Source: an uncultured Candidatus Binatia bacterium (GTDB lineage Bacteria; Desulfobacterota; Binatia; Bin18). Taken from it: a stretch of DNA of 64,000 nucleotides. The notes under the pieces were generated by a model that was given only the letters and a program-made list of their open reading frames with translations, did no database searches and was not told where the DNA came from. The stretch spans positions 194,904 to 258,903 of the forward strand of contig CBDBDK010000002.1 of assembly GCA_965203745.1 (NCBI GenBank), in the 5' to 3' direction. The translations under genes and the position numbers were made by a program. The stretch's first letter is position 1, and each line of letters opens with the position of its first letter. Below are positions 17,932-28,061 of the stretch, piece after piece.

Positions 17932-18420
17932 TCAGGCCGGGGTGATAAGCGGCTCGGCTGACACAATAATGCCGTTATTGTCCGCATATACGAACTCGCC
18001 CGGCTGAAAGGTGATGCCCCCGAACGTGACAGGAACATTCAGGTCGCCAATGCCACGTTTCTCTGTTCGCAGGGGAATGACTCCGAGCGCCTGCACGCCA
18101 AGCTCCAACACCCGGATGGCATCAATATCTCGAATGCAGCCATAGATAATGCACCCTGCCCAGCCATTCTGGAGTGCCGTGGCTGCGATCATATCGCCCA
18201 GCAGGGCGCGTCGCATGGAGCCGCCCCCGTCCACGACCATGACTTTTCCTTGCCCCGGCTTGCCGGCGTTCTCCTTTACCAAAGAATTATCTTCGTGACA
18301 TTTTATGGTCACGACCTCGCCACCAAAACAGACCTTGCCGCCGTAATTGGTAAACAGTGGTTCCACAACACGGACAAGGTCTGGATGGGTGTCACATAAA
18401 TCTGTCGTCAGGAATTGCAT
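17932..18420 (-). CDS. RraA family protein (RNase E regulator / 4-hydroxy-4-methyl-2-oxoglutarate aldolase family)
   Basis: 162 aa. [39 protein letters not shown] is the RraA/MenG signature. Confidence 0.8.
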   Translation of the reverse strand: MQFLTTDLCDTHPDLVRVVEPLFTNYGGKVCFGGEVVTIKCHEDNSLVKENAGKPGQGKVMVVDGGGSMRRALLGDMIAATALQNGWAGCIIYGCIRDIDAIRVLELGVQALGVIPLRTEKRGIGDLNVPVTFGGITFQPGEFVYADNNGIIVSAEPLITPA

Positions 18421-18426
18421 ACACGA

Positions 18427-18717
18427 TTACGATGCCCCTTCAACCACAATCATTTTCCCATGAGAGGCGCTGTGCCGGATGCCCCTGGGCTCACGGTACT
18501 CTTCCGAGTTATACCACGCCTTGGCCTGGGCAACACTCTCGAATTCGAGCACAACCACCCGGTTGGGTTCCCAGTCGCCCTCAAGATTTTCGGCGGCTCC
18601 CCCCCGGACGATGAACTTCCCGCCGTAGGCTTCAACGGTTGCCGGAACAAGTTTGGTGTAACCGACGTACACCTCGGGGTCGGTCACCTGAACATCCGCA
18701 ATGATATAGGCTGGCAT
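18427..18717 (-). CDS. DUF1330 domain protein
   Basis: 96 aa. MPAYIIADVQVTDPEVY ... LEFESVAQAKAWYNSEEY is the typical DUF1330 dimeric alpha/beta barrel sequence. Confidence 0.6.
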   Translation of the reverse strand: MPAYIIADVQVTDPEVYVGYTKLVPATVEAYGGKFIVRGGAAENLEGDWEPNRVVVLEFESVAQAKAWYNSEEYREPRGIRHSASHGKMIVVEGAS

Positions 18718-18851
18718 GTGCTTCCTCCTGTGCTGCCTGTTCTTTACCTGTATTCTCTCTTAGCTCAGGACGGCGCGCAGGGCGAGCCTCTGCGCTACTT
18801 GCCCCGTCAAAAACGGACACGATAGAGTGACGCCATATTGAGGAGGAGCCT

Positions 18852-20072
18852 ATGCCGAACGAAGAGTTGATCCACGTTTTAGACGGCTATAGGGTGCTGG
18901 ATTTTACGCAGGTGCTGGCCGGGCCAACGGTGACACGGCTGATGGCCGAGATGGGCGCTGAGATCATCAAAGTGGAGCTTGCGCCCAAAGGTGATTTTTC
19001 GCGGGCGATGCCCTTTCTCAAGAATGATCGGAGCGCCTACTTCATACAACAGAACCGTGGCAAAAAAAGCCTGTGTCTTGATGCCAAAAGTCCGAAAGGC
19101 AGAAAAATCCTGCGCTCGCTGGTGGAGCAGGTCGACGTCCTGGTTGAGAATTTCGCACCCGGCACCATTGGGCGTCTAGGCCTAGGCTATGATGTGGTGA
19201 AAGAAATCAATCCGAGCCTGGTGATGTGTTCGGTCTCCGCCTTCGGGCAAACCGGTCCGCTGTCTGATCAGCCCGGCTATGACTATATTGCGCAAGCCTA
19301 TGCCGGGGTGACGCATATGATCGGCGACCCCGATGGTGCGCCTTCGTTTCCCATGTTGGGCTTGGGCGATGTTGGGACGGGGGTGCATGCAATGGGAGCC
19401 ATTGCGTGTGCGCTGCTGTATCGGGAACGGACCGGCAAGGGCCAGCATGTAGACATTTCCCTGCTGGATTCCTACTTCCACTGCCACGAGATGAACGTCC
19501 AGATCTATAGCGGTAGCAAAGGCGCGGTGCAGCCCATCCGCTCGGGCTCGCAGCACTACGCCCTCTGCCCCATCGGGCTGTTCAAGGGCAAAGAGACCTA
19601 TCTTTTTATTATCGCGCTCGATCATCAGTGGGCGCCGCTGTGCAAGGTCATGGGTCGTCCCGAGTTGGCTGACGACCCCCGTTTTTCATCCAACGCCCAG
19701 CGGGTTGCAAATATGGATCAGGTGGTCGCCGTCATCGAAGGCTGGTTGGCCTCAACCGCGAGCGACGATGAGGCGGTTCGCCTCCTCCAAGAGGCGCGTC
19801 TGCCGGTTGCCCCGGTTCTGACCATAGAACAAGCGGTGAATCACCCCCACCTGCGCTATCGACGCACCGTCCGGACGATAGTTGACCGTGAGTTTGGCGA
19901 ACTTGATATTCCGGGCATGCCGCTCAAGTTCTCCGAATTTCCCGACGAGCTGCCGCTTGAGACGCCGTCCCTGGGCGAGCACAATGAAGAGATCCTTGCG
20001 ACCTATCTGTCCTATACGCCGGAGCAGGTCCGAACGCTGGAAAGCGAGGGTGTCCTCAAGCGGGCGGAGTGA
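18852..20072 (+). CDS. CoA transferase family III (CaiB/BaiF)
   Basis: 406 aa. LDGYRVLDFTQVLAGPTVTRLMAEMGAEIIKVE ... VLVENFAPG. Confidence 0.85.
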   Translation: MPNEELIHVLDGYRVLDFTQVLAGPTVTRLMAEMGAEIIKVELAPKGDFSRAMPFLKNDRSAYFIQQNRGKKSLCLDAKSPKGRKILRSLVEQVDVLVENFAPGTIGRLGLGYDVVKEINPSLVMCSVSAFGQTGPLSDQPGYDYIAQAYAGVTHMIGDPDGAPSFPMLGLGDVGTGVHAMGAIACALLYRERTGKGQHVDISLLDSYFHCHEMNVQIYSGSKGAVQPIRSGSQHYALCPIGLFKGKETYLFIIALDHQWAPLCKVMGRPELADDPRFSSNAQRVANMDQVVAVIEGWLASTASDDEAVRLLQEARLPVAPVLTIEQAVNHPHLRYRRTVRTIVDREFGELDIPGMPLKFSEFPDELPLETPSLGEHNEEILATYLSYTPEQVRTLESEGVLKRAE

Positions 20073-20116
20073 GGGCTTCCCGCGTCGGCAGAGCGCCACT
20101 CGCTGCCGACGCCATC

Positions 20117-21190
20117 TTACCCCGGAGCCAAAGCCTCAAGGGTATAGCGGATGCCGTCCCGTGCCGCGGCATCCGGCAGATAGTTGGTGAAAGTCGGATG
20201 TATGGGGTAGACAATGGGCAGGGTCACCCCGGCCTCTCGATAGCGCGCGATCTTCTGGGAACACTGCTCAGCGGAACCATAGACGGCAAAGGCGTCAACC
20301 ATCTCATCGGTGACCAGGGCGGCTGCCCCATCCATATCGCTACGCGCCGCACAGGCTCGCATACGCGCGACCGTCTCCGCGTGGCCGTGTCTTTCAAAAT
20401 ACTGGGCATACAGGCCATACGCCGTAATATGAATGGCCGTCACATACCGCATGGCGCGTTTTGCCGCTGTCGGGTCCGGGCTGACACAGCACGGCAGATA
20501 ACAGCCGATATCAATGGCAGACGGATCGCGGCCAACCCGCCGTGCCCCGCGCTCAACCGCTGACACGACCTCTGCAACGCGGTCGAGCGGAACGAAGATG
20601 GGCAGGATGCCGTCGGCGATCTCGCCCGCCAACGCCAGGGTCTTTTCCGACAGTGCCTCGAAGTAGCACGGGATCGTATCGCGGTAGGGGTGGAGCCACG
20701 GCTCGTAGTCGGTAATCCGGAAGATCTGACCGCTATAATTGACGAGCCTGGCCTCGGCGGCGCATTTCAGGACGGTGCGGACAACGTCGGTTGTTTCGCG
20801 CAGCCGGCGCAGGGGCCGGTCAAAAGGGAAGGGGCGGCCCGGTTCCAGACTATCCCGTGCCTGGTGGATTTCCGAGTGGCCGATGCCTAAGCCGAGTCGA
20901 AAGCGGCCGGCGGAAAGCGTATCCACGGTCGCAGCTGCGGTGGCAATGGTCGTCGGGTTGCGTGTAAAGACTGTGGCCACGCCGGTCGCAAGAATGATAT
21001 CGGACGTTTCCCGCGCACACGCAGACAAGACACCGAAGACATCGGCAAAGCTTTCGATCAAACAGGCAGACTCATAGCCTTTTTGATCTGCCAGGCTGAC
21101 GCAGTCAATGAGTTCGTTGACCGACATCCCGCCCCAGAAACCAACGCCGATACGGTCCATACGCGTTCCCTCTTCCGACTTTCGGTTCAA
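20117..21190 (-). CDS. LLM class flavin/F420-dependent oxidoreductase
   Basis: 357 aa. Luciferase-like monooxygenase blocks (RFRLGLGIGH ...). Confidence 0.8.
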   Translation of the reverse strand: MNRKSEEGTRMDRIGVGFWGGMSVNELIDCVSLADQKGYESACLIESFADVFGVLSACARETSDIILATGVATVFTRNPTTIATAAATVDTLSAGRFRLGLGIGHSEIHQARDSLEPGRPFPFDRPLRRLRETTDVVRTVLKCAAEARLVNYSGQIFRITDYEPWLHPYRDTIPCYFEALSEKTLALAGEIADGILPIFVPLDRVAEVVSAVERGARRVGRDPSAIDIGCYLPCCVSPDPTAAKRAMRYVTAIHITAYGLYAQYFERHGHAETVARMRACAARSDMDGAAALVTDEMVDAFAVYGSAEQCSQKIARYREAGVTLPIVYPIHPTFTNYLPDAAARDGIRYTLEALAPG

Positions 21191-21255
21191 TACTCAGGCG
21201 ACGCTAAAGAGTAGCGGCGGGGATACCGAATGACAAGCAAACCTTGAGTTCTTCC

Positions 21256-21285
21256 TTGACAAACTTTCTCGCCTGACAGGATAAT
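21256..21285 (+). promoter_or_regulatory. sigma70-like promoter for amidase gene (TTGACA-N18-GATAAT)
   Basis: Perfect -35 TTGACA at 21256-21261, 18-nt spacer, GATAAT at 21280-21285. AAAGGAGGA RBS at 21301-21309 precedes the ATG at 21315. Confidence 0.35.
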
Positions 21286-21314
21286 TCACGATCAACCATA
21301 AAGGAGGACTGATC

Positions 21315-22757
21315 ATGGCAGACGATCTCGCAAAAATGGATGCAACCGCACAGGCTGAGTTGGTACGGAGCGGAGCAGTCAGCCCGCGGGAGCTGGTGGA
21401 CGCCGCTATCGAGCGGGTGGAAAAGTTCAATCCACAACTCAACGCCGTGATTCGTCCACGCTATGAAAAAGCGCGCGCTGAAGCGGACTCGGCCAGCTTA
21501 CCCGACGGCCCGCTCAAGGGGGTGCCGTTCCTGCTGAAAGACCTGTTCTGCGTGCATGCGGGTGATGAAATCCATAGCGGCTGTAAGGCGCTCAAAGCGG
21601 CGCAATACACGGCCCCCCACAGCACCTATCTGGCCGATAAATTCCGTGCTTCAGGCCTGATTACGATTGGTCAAACCAACACTCCGGAATTCGGGTTCGC
21701 CACCACGACCGAGCCGGAAGCCTACGGGCCAACCCACAATCCGTGGAATACCAACCACTCGACAGGCGGGTCGAGCGGCGGCAGCGCCGCGGCGGTGGCC
21801 GCGCGTCTGGTGCCGGTGGCGCATGCCAATGACGGCGGGGGGTCGATCCGCATCCCGGCCAGCGCGTGTGGGCTGGTCGGCCTGAAACCCAGTCGGGGAC
21901 GTTTATCGCTAGGGCCGGATTATGGCGAAGCCTGGGCCGGCTGTATTGCCGAGGGGGTAGTCTGTCTGTCCGTACGTGACGCGGCCACCGTTCTTGATGC
22001 GACCGCGGGGAGCATGCCGGGCGACCCGTATACGGCTCCTGCGTGCGAGGGCTCGTTCGCCGAGGCCGCCCGGCGTGAGCCCGGTTCGCTCCGCATTGGC
22101 CTGATGACCAAGCGGCCGGGCAATCAAGACGCCCTGCATCCCGAATGTGTCGCCGCGGCAGAAAACACGGCAAAGCTGCTGGAGTCCCTGGGGCATCGGG
22201 TCGAGGCTGCGTATCCTGAAGCCCTGGACGAGCAATGGGGTGCGCACTTTGGCACGATTGTGCTTGCCCACTCCGCCCGGACCGCAGAAGACGTTGCCGA
22301 CGCGCTGGGCCGCGAAGTCGAGCCCGGTGATTTTGAGCGCTACACCTGGGCCCTCATGAACCGGGGCCGGTCTATAGGCGTGACGGAGTATATTGCCGCG
22401 CTCGAATGGCTGGAGCGCTGGGAACGGCGTCTCGCCGCCTGGTGGGCGGACGGGTTTGACCTGCTCCTCACCTCGACCCTGAGTTCGCCGGCGCCGCCTC
22501 TGGGTCAATTGTGCAGCGCCGCCGCTGACCCGGATGAGGTGTATCGGCGGATAATCGACCTGATTCCGTATACCCCGGTTGGGAATGTGACCGGCCAGCC
22601 GGGGATTTCCTTGCCCTTGCATTGGAGTGAAGACGGCCTGCCGGTCGGCGTGCATCTCATGCCGGCGTACGGACGGGAAGACGTGTTGCTCAGTGTCGCG
22701 GCGCAGCTTGAGCAGGCCCAGCCGTGGATCGAGAAACTGCCGCCGGTCTGTGCCTGA
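21315..22757 (+). CDS. amidase (amidase-signature family)
   Basis: 480 aa. [35 protein letters not shown]-family signature with the Ser-cisSer-Lys triad context. Confidence 0.9.
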   Translation: MADDLAKMDATAQAELVRSGAVSPRELVDAAIERVEKFNPQLNAVIRPRYEKARAEADSASLPDGPLKGVPFLLKDLFCVHAGDEIHSGCKALKAAQYTAPHSTYLADKFRASGLITIGQTNTPEFGFATTTEPEAYGPTHNPWNTNHSTGGSSGGSAAAVAARLVPVAHANDGGGSIRIPASACGLVGLKPSRGRLSLGPDYGEAWAGCIAEGVVCLSVRDAATVLDATAGSMPGDPYTAPACEGSFAEAARREPGSLRIGLMTKRPGNQDALHPECVAAAENTAKLLESLGHRVEAAYPEALDEQWGAHFGTIVLAHSARTAEDVADALGREVEPGDFERYTWALMNRGRSIGVTEYIAALEWLERWERRLAAWWADGFDLLLTSTLSSPAPPLGQLCSAAADPDEVYRRIIDLIPYTPVGNVTGQPGISLPLHWSEDGLPVGVHLMPAYGREDVLLSVAAQLEQAQPWIEKLPPVCA

Positions 22758-22824
22758 GGTAGAGGGCCTTCTGGGCTCACGACCTGTGAGGCAGAAAACG
22801 AGGAGGACAGATGAGCGCAGTGTG

Positions 22825-22848
22825 AGCCGACAAGCTTCCATGTCGGCT
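22825..22848 (+). terminator. stem-loop downstream of amidase gene (agccgaca-N8-tgtcggct)
   Basis: 8-bp perfect stem ~70 nt after the amidase stop. Weak U-tract. Confidence 0.25.
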
Positions 22849-23179
22849 TACACCTTCGGTTAGCCCGAATAACGATGCTGTGTAGCGCGTCTCTCTCCTC
22901 CTTGAGGAGTGCGGGCTTCCAGCCCGCATAGCGGCCAGGATGGCCGCCCTCCCAGGCGGGGAGCCTCCATCCCCTCCCTGGCCGCCTGGTGCCAGCCATG
23001 GTCTTCCCCGCCGAGCGTGGACTGGCACGGCTACAACGTATCATGAAACGCTCTAAGCCGACCTACAAGACTGGCTCAAACGCGCTTTCCCAAGATTCCT
23101 ATGAAAATTCAACAATCGGTGAGTAGGTCGGATTAGCGCAGCGTAATCCGACAATCGCGGCTGGACGGACGAGCGGTGG

Positions 23180-23905
23180 TCATCCGCCCCCCTCCGGCTT
23201 GGTCGTATCCACCCTCCGCTCACCGTACCAAAACTCCAAGCCCTCACGTTGCCGCAGTGCCCGCGGACCCGTGCGGAGCAGATAGCCGAACAACTGAAAC
23301 GTCTCCCGGAGTGAATACACCCGGAGTTTGCGACCTGACGTGATCACGTGCTCGCGCAGGATGACGAATCTGCCCCGTTTGCGGAGCGCCAGACTCAGCC
23401 AGACTTCTTCCGACGCGTAGCGCCTCTCGTCAAAACCGCCGACGGCTTCAAAGGCGGACCGGGTACAAAACAGAAAGCTTCCGCTGGCCAGCCCCGCCAG
23501 GCTGTAGAGCGGCGGCACGATACGCTCGGCAATTTTTCCATACCACGGTAGCGGCCGGTCAAAGCGAAACCGGCTGCCGCCCCCGACCGCCCCCTGTTGG
23601 AGGGCGCGAACGGCCGCGTGGAGAAGGGGCGCGTTGACCCAGGTATCCGCGTCAATAAAGAAGAGGTATTCACCTGTTGCCGCGCGTGCTCCGGTGTTGC
23701 GGGTTGCCGCAATATGACGATTTCTGACCGTAAGGACGTGCGCCCCACCGGCTGCGGCGAGTGAAGCGGTCCGGTCGGTCGAGGCATCGTCTACCACCAG
23801 CATTTCATAGGCTGTGTCTAAGGGCTGAACGGCCTGGTGCAGAGCCTGGAGCGTCCGGCCAATGTTGGCCTGCTCATTATAGGCGGGAATAATAAACGAG
23901 ATCAC
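23180..23905 (-). CDS. glycosyltransferase family 2
   Basis: ISFIIPAYNEQANIGRTL ... VVDDASTDRT GT2 motifs. Likely GTG start at 23905 overlapping the EamA TGA (GTGA). The ORF track's longer N-terminus overlaps EamA. Confidence 0.75.
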   Translation of the reverse strand: MISFIIPAYNEQANIGRTLQALHQAVQPLDTAYEMLVVDDASTDRTASLAAAGGAHVLTVRNRHIAATRNTGARAATGEYLFFIDADTWVNAPLLHAAVRALQQGAVGGGSRFRFDRPLPWYGKIAERIVPPLYSLAGLASGSFLFCTRSAFEAVGGFDERRYASEEVWLSLALRKRGRFVILREHVITSGRKLRVYSLRETFQLFGYLLRTGPRALRQREGLEFWYGERRVDTTKPEGGG

Positions 23906-24909
23906 ACGGGTTGACCTGCCGATTGGCCCGAGGGCAGCGGTGCTTCCACTGCGCGGCTCTGTCGGTACAGGCCCAGGAGTTCGTTCAGCGCTAACGAGGC
24001 AACCACCACCACGCCGCCAACAATGGCGAGATCGCTGGGCCGTTCCCCCACGCCGATCCACACCCACAGCGGACCAAGGATCGTTTCCAGGAGAGCCAGG
24101 AGACTGACTTCAACCGCAGTGATATACCGCGCTGCCAGCGTCATGAGCAGGCAACCCAGCCCACCCTGAAAGGTGCCCATACATGCCAGGATGCCGATGT
24201 CCTGCCACGCGGCCTGAAACGGCAGACTGAAGGACAGGGCTACAGCGCTGGAGATGAGCGCGGCAACCAGAATGGCCGGTGTCATATCGGCTCGCGCCTG
24301 ACTGTGACGCAGTAAAATCACACAGGCTGCAAAGGCAACCGCACAGCCGCCGGCTATTATGCTCCCAGTCAGCGTTCCGGCAGTGAAAGAATCGAGACAC
24401 ATGGCGACGATGCCGGTCAAGGCAATACTCATCGCAACGTAGCGACGCACTGGGACCAGTTCCCCAAGAAAGACCCGGCCAAAAAGCGCAGCCAGAAAGG
24501 GCGTGGTGCTGATAATGACGAGCGTATGCGCCACCGTTGTCTGGGTGACGGCGAGAATAAAACCCAGAAATGAGGCGGCCATACACAGGCCGGCCAGGAA
24601 GCCGCCCGGTCCGATAGCGACGACCGCCCGCCGCACGTTGCCCGCGTAGCGAAAGGAGAGCCAGACGAGCAGAAACACCCCCATGCTGAGCGAACGCCAG
24701 AAGGCAATCTCCCAGCTGTTGGGGATGCTGACGGAGCGGACGAACAGGCCACCCGTGCTCCAGCACAAGCTTGCGCCGAGCATAAGCAGCAGGCCCTTGA
24801 GGTGAGGAGTAAACGTGTCCGGCCTTTCATGTCTGGTGGAGGACTCGCTTACTCTTTGCTGCGAATTCCGGGTCCGGTCGAGCCACCCAGCGTTACGGCT
24901 TGACGGCAA
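23902..24909 (-). CDS. EamA/DMT family transporter
   Basis: Polytopic membrane protein with duplicated EamA-type hydrophobic repeats. Alternative start at the internal Met (MLGASLCW) ~24783. Confidence 0.7.
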   Translation of the reverse strand: MPSSRNAGWLDRTRNSQQRVSESSTRHERPDTFTPHLKGLLLMLGASLCWSTGGLFVRSVSIPNSWEIAFWRSLSMGVFLLVWLSFRYAGNVRRAVVAIGPGGFLAGLCMAASFLGFILAVTQTTVAHTLVIISTTPFLAALFGRVFLGELVPVRRYVAMSIALTGIVAMCLDSFTAGTLTGSIIAGGCAVAFAACVILLRHSQARADMTPAILVAALISSAVALSFSLPFQAAWQDIGILACMGTFQGGLGCLLMTLAARYITAVEVSLLALLETILGPLWVWIGVGERPSDLAIVGGVVVVASLALNELLGLYRQSRAVEAPLPSGQSAGQPV

Positions 24910-25327
24910 TCGCTTCGACCTCGATCAGGAGCCCCGGAAAAGCCAGACCGGCCACCACAACGGCCGTGCTGGCCGGCGGATTGTCGCCGAAGATATCCCC
25001 GCGCGCTTCGAGCATATCCATGAACTTGCTGCCGTCGGTGATATAGGTATTGATCTTGATAATATGCTCCATCTTCGCGCCCGCCGCAGCCAGGACGGCC
25101 TTGATATTGCGGAAGACCTGGCGCGTCTGGGTCTTCATATTACCTTTGCCAACCAGCTTGCCCTGCGAGTTGAAAGCGACCTGACCGGACACATAAATGG
25201 TGTTACCGATCTGCTTGGCCTGGGCCAGAGGCAGCTTATCGTCCCAGCTCCAGCCCGGATCGATAATCTTCGCCGCGGTTGCGTCCTGGGCAGGGGCAGC
25301 CTTTTTCGTTGTTTTTCTCGTTGCCAT
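24893..25327 (-). CDS. RidA family protein
   Basis: 144 aa. C-terminal RidA core (IYVSGQVAF ... KINTYITD ... LIEVEAIAV) with a Lys/Ala-rich N-terminal tail. Confidence 0.8.
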   Translation of the reverse strand: MATRKTTKKAAPAQDATAAKIIDPGWSWDDKLPLAQAKQIGNTIYVSGQVAFNSQGKLVGKGNMKTQTRQVFRNIKAVLAAAGAKMEHIIKINTYITDGSKFMDMLEARGDIFGDNPPASTAVVVAGLAFPGLLIEVEAIAVKP

Positions 25328-25352
25328 GCTCTTTCCTCCTTATGGATGATGA

Positions 25353-26414
25353 TCAATACTTCGCAATCACTTCTCGGCCAAACTCTTCTATAAGTTCCCG
25401 GCCATCCGTCACAACCTGAACGGCAATCTGCGTCAGGCCGGCGGCTTCGAGCGCCTTGATACGCGCGATGATTTCCTCGCTTGTCCCGGTCAGCGACGAG
25501 GTCCGAATCAGGTCTTCGGTCAGGTAGTCTTCTTCCCCCGGTTTGAGATAGATCAAATGCCCCTCGTGCACTTCAAGATAGCGACGATCCTGGGGAGTCC
25601 GCATCTTGGCAATATAATTGTCACGGTAGCGCGCGTAGAGCTGGCCCAGGGGTGACTGCTCGACGGCCACCGCCGACCCTTCCCACATGGCGTGCAGGGG
25701 CAGAATGGCGTAGGGCCCAACCCGTTCGATAACGCGGGGCGAGGTCGGCGACTCGCCTGGCTGGAGCAGACAGGTGGTTGTCAGGGCCATACGCGCAATC
25801 GCCTCAACCGACCGACCCGCCTTCTCCGCGCCCCGCGCCACGGTTGCCAGGTCACGGCTGAAATATTCGGCGTCCGAGAAGACGGTAATCCAGCCGTCCG
25901 CAATCTCCCCGGTCAGTTCCATCGCCTTGGGGCCGTTGGCCGCAAAGTACATCGGAATAGCATCTTGCAGGTTAATATAGCCGTGTTCGGGATGCAGAAA
26001 GCGAATCCAGCGCTCGCGCTCGCCTTCGCGGAAGAGAACCTCTTCGCCCCGTAACAGTGCCCGACACTGCTGCATATATTCTCGGGTTGGCCCGAGTCGG
26101 ACGGGCGGCAGGCCCATGGTGTTCCGGCCGGTAAACCCCGTGCCGATACCGAGAATGGCGCGCCCTGGGGCAAGCTGGTTAATGGTGGCAATCGAGTGCG
26201 CCGTGACCGGGGCCAGTCGGCTGCTGGGGATTGCAACGCCGGTGCCGAGTTTGATCGTTTTGGTATGCTCGGCCGCCAGCGCCAGGCAGGCGTACACATC
26301 GCTGTAGAGCATCTGCGAGTCATAGAACCAGGCATAGCTGAAGCCGAGTTCTTCGGCTCGGATCAGGTCTTTCCAGGCATCAAGCCGGGCCGGATAGGCA
26401 ATCCCGAATTCCAT
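25353..26414 (-). CDS. LLM class F420/flavin-dependent oxidoreductase
   Basis: 353 aa. MEFGIAYP ... LGFSYAWFYDSQ ... LGIGTG luciferase-like. Confidence 0.8.
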   Translation of the reverse strand: MEFGIAYPARLDAWKDLIRAEELGFSYAWFYDSQMLYSDVYACLALAAEHTKTIKLGTGVAIPSSRLAPVTAHSIATINQLAPGRAILGIGTGFTGRNTMGLPPVRLGPTREYMQQCRALLRGEEVLFREGERERWIRFLHPEHGYINLQDAIPMYFAANGPKAMELTGEIADGWITVFSDAEYFSRDLATVARGAEKAGRSVEAIARMALTTTCLLQPGESPTSPRVIERVGPYAILPLHAMWEGSAVAVEQSPLGQLYARYRDNYIAKMRTPQDRRYLEVHEGHLIYLKPGEEDYLTEDLIRTSSLTGTSEEIIARIKALEAAGLTQIAVQVVTDGRELIEEFGREVIAKY

Positions 26415-26548
26415 GCTTCCTCCTCATGACAACCTCACTCCCCGATGTGTGATGTATATTCCCAGGAACCAGCGCCCGCCAGCCGTGGGGGGCCACCGGG
26501 TCGGGGAGGGTTCCTTTTCGCATCACACGTTTCCTGAGGGAGCGAGGT

Positions 26549-27994
26549 TTACGCGCACACCGGCGGACGCCTGTCCATCCACGGCTGGGCTTGCTCGATC
26601 TGGGCTCCAATCCGCAACAGCAGATCCTCCTGGCCATAGGCCGGAACAAAATGAACGCCGACCGGCAGGCCGTCCGGGGTCCAGTGGAGCGGCAGCGACA
26701 GACCCGGCTGGCCCGAGGCATTATTCGCCGGCGTAAAGGGAATGACCTCAAGATTACGCTCCCACTTGGCAAGATTGTCAGCGCTGGGCCCGCCCATATC
26801 GCCCAGGCGCGGCGGCGGCTCACCCAGGGTCGGGGTGACCAGCAGATCAAAGCCGTCAACCCACCAACTGGCCAGACGGCGTGCCCAGGCGTGCAGCCAG
26901 TTCATCGACGCCAGATAACTGGTGGCCGAAATCTTGCGGCCCTCTTCCACAAAACGCCAGGCGTAGGGCTCAATATCGCCTTCGCCAATACGCTGCCCGG
27001 CGGCGGCTTCGACCTCGTCCGCGGTCAGGGCCGAGTGGGCGTTGACCACAAGGATCCAGTGGTCGAGCCATTCAGGCTCGTCATAGGCTTCGGGGTGCGC
27101 GATCTCGACCGTATGGCCGAGCGATTCGAGCAGCTTACCAGTCTGCTCGACCGCGAGCTTGCACTCCGGATGCAGGGGCGCGTCGTTGCGAGGCCGCTGG
27201 AGCATGAGGCCGATGCGGAGCGTGCCGGGGTCGCGACTGACCTCTTCGGTGTATGGCCGAACTGGCGTGGGCGCGGCATAGGGGTCGCCGGGCATGACAC
27301 CCTGCATACTATCGAGCACACCCGCCATGTCGCGTATCGAGAGCGTCATCACGCCTTCATTGGCCATCCCATGCCAGCACTCGCCCATGCCGGGACCAAA
27401 CGACACCCGGCCACGGCTGGGTTTGAGCCCGATGATGCCGCACATGCTGGCTGGAATACGTAGCGACCCGCCCCCATCGCCCCCATGCCCGACGGTGACC
27501 ATGCGCGCCGCCACCGCGGCTGAGCTGCCACCGCTTGAGCCGCCGGGAGAATGATCAAGATTCCAGGGGTTATGGGTCGGGCCGTAGGCTGCGGGTTCGG
27601 TCGTGCCCATCAGCCCCCACTCCGGCGTGTTGGTACGGCCCACGCTGATAAAACCGGCCTCGCGAAACTTCACCGCCAGATAGGGGTCTTGCTTGGAGGT
27701 GAAGTTCAGCCGTTTCAGGAACTGCATGCCATTATGCAACGGCTCTCCGGCCGGCCCGCCGAGCAGGTCTTTCATCACAAACGGCACGCCTCGAAAGGGG
27801 CCGTCCGGCAGGTCGGCGGCCTGGGCCTGGGTACGCGCCTTGTCAAACAAGGGGTGAATCACCGCGTTGAGCTGGGGGTTGAGTTGTTCGATCCGGGCAA
27901 TCGCGGCATCGACCAACTCCAGGGGCGAAGCCTCTCCGTTTTTGACGAGTTCGGCTTGGGCGGTCGCATCCAAATACGCAAACTGGTCTGGCAT
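26549..27994 (-). CDS. amidase (amidase-signature family), paralog of 21315-22757
   Basis: 481 aa. ~65% identical by eye to the first amidase ([10 protein letters not shown]...SP.ELVDAAI...QLNAVI ... [13 protein letters not shown]). Confidence 0.9.
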   Translation of the reverse strand: MPDQFAYLDATAQAELVKNGEASPLELVDAAIARIEQLNPQLNAVIHPLFDKARTQAQAADLPDGPFRGVPFVMKDLLGGPAGEPLHNGMQFLKRLNFTSKQDPYLAVKFREAGFISVGRTNTPEWGLMGTTEPAAYGPTHNPWNLDHSPGGSSGGSSAAVAARMVTVGHGGDGGGSLRIPASMCGIIGLKPSRGRVSFGPGMGECWHGMANEGVMTLSIRDMAGVLDSMQGVMPGDPYAAPTPVRPYTEEVSRDPGTLRIGLMLQRPRNDAPLHPECKLAVEQTGKLLESLGHTVEIAHPEAYDEPEWLDHWILVVNAHSALTADEVEAAAGQRIGEGDIEPYAWRFVEEGRKISATSYLASMNWLHAWARRLASWWVDGFDLLVTPTLGEPPPRLGDMGGPSADNLAKWERNLEVIPFTPANNASGQPGLSLPLHWTPDGLPVGVHFVPAYGQEDLLLRIGAQIEQAQPWMDRRPPVCA

Positions 27995-28061
27995 GACGGA
28001 ACTCCTTTGATACAGGCTATAGACAAGGAACGTGGTTACCGTTCAGCAAAAGACGACGGGC

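Noticed and set aside
20083-20111. 9-bp GC hairpin (cgtcggcag-N11-ctgccgacg) between convergent CoA-transferase and LLM genes as an intrinsic terminator
   Set aside because: No U-tract on either strand. It may still act as a factor-dependent or structural terminator but cannot be supported as a canonical intrinsic terminator.
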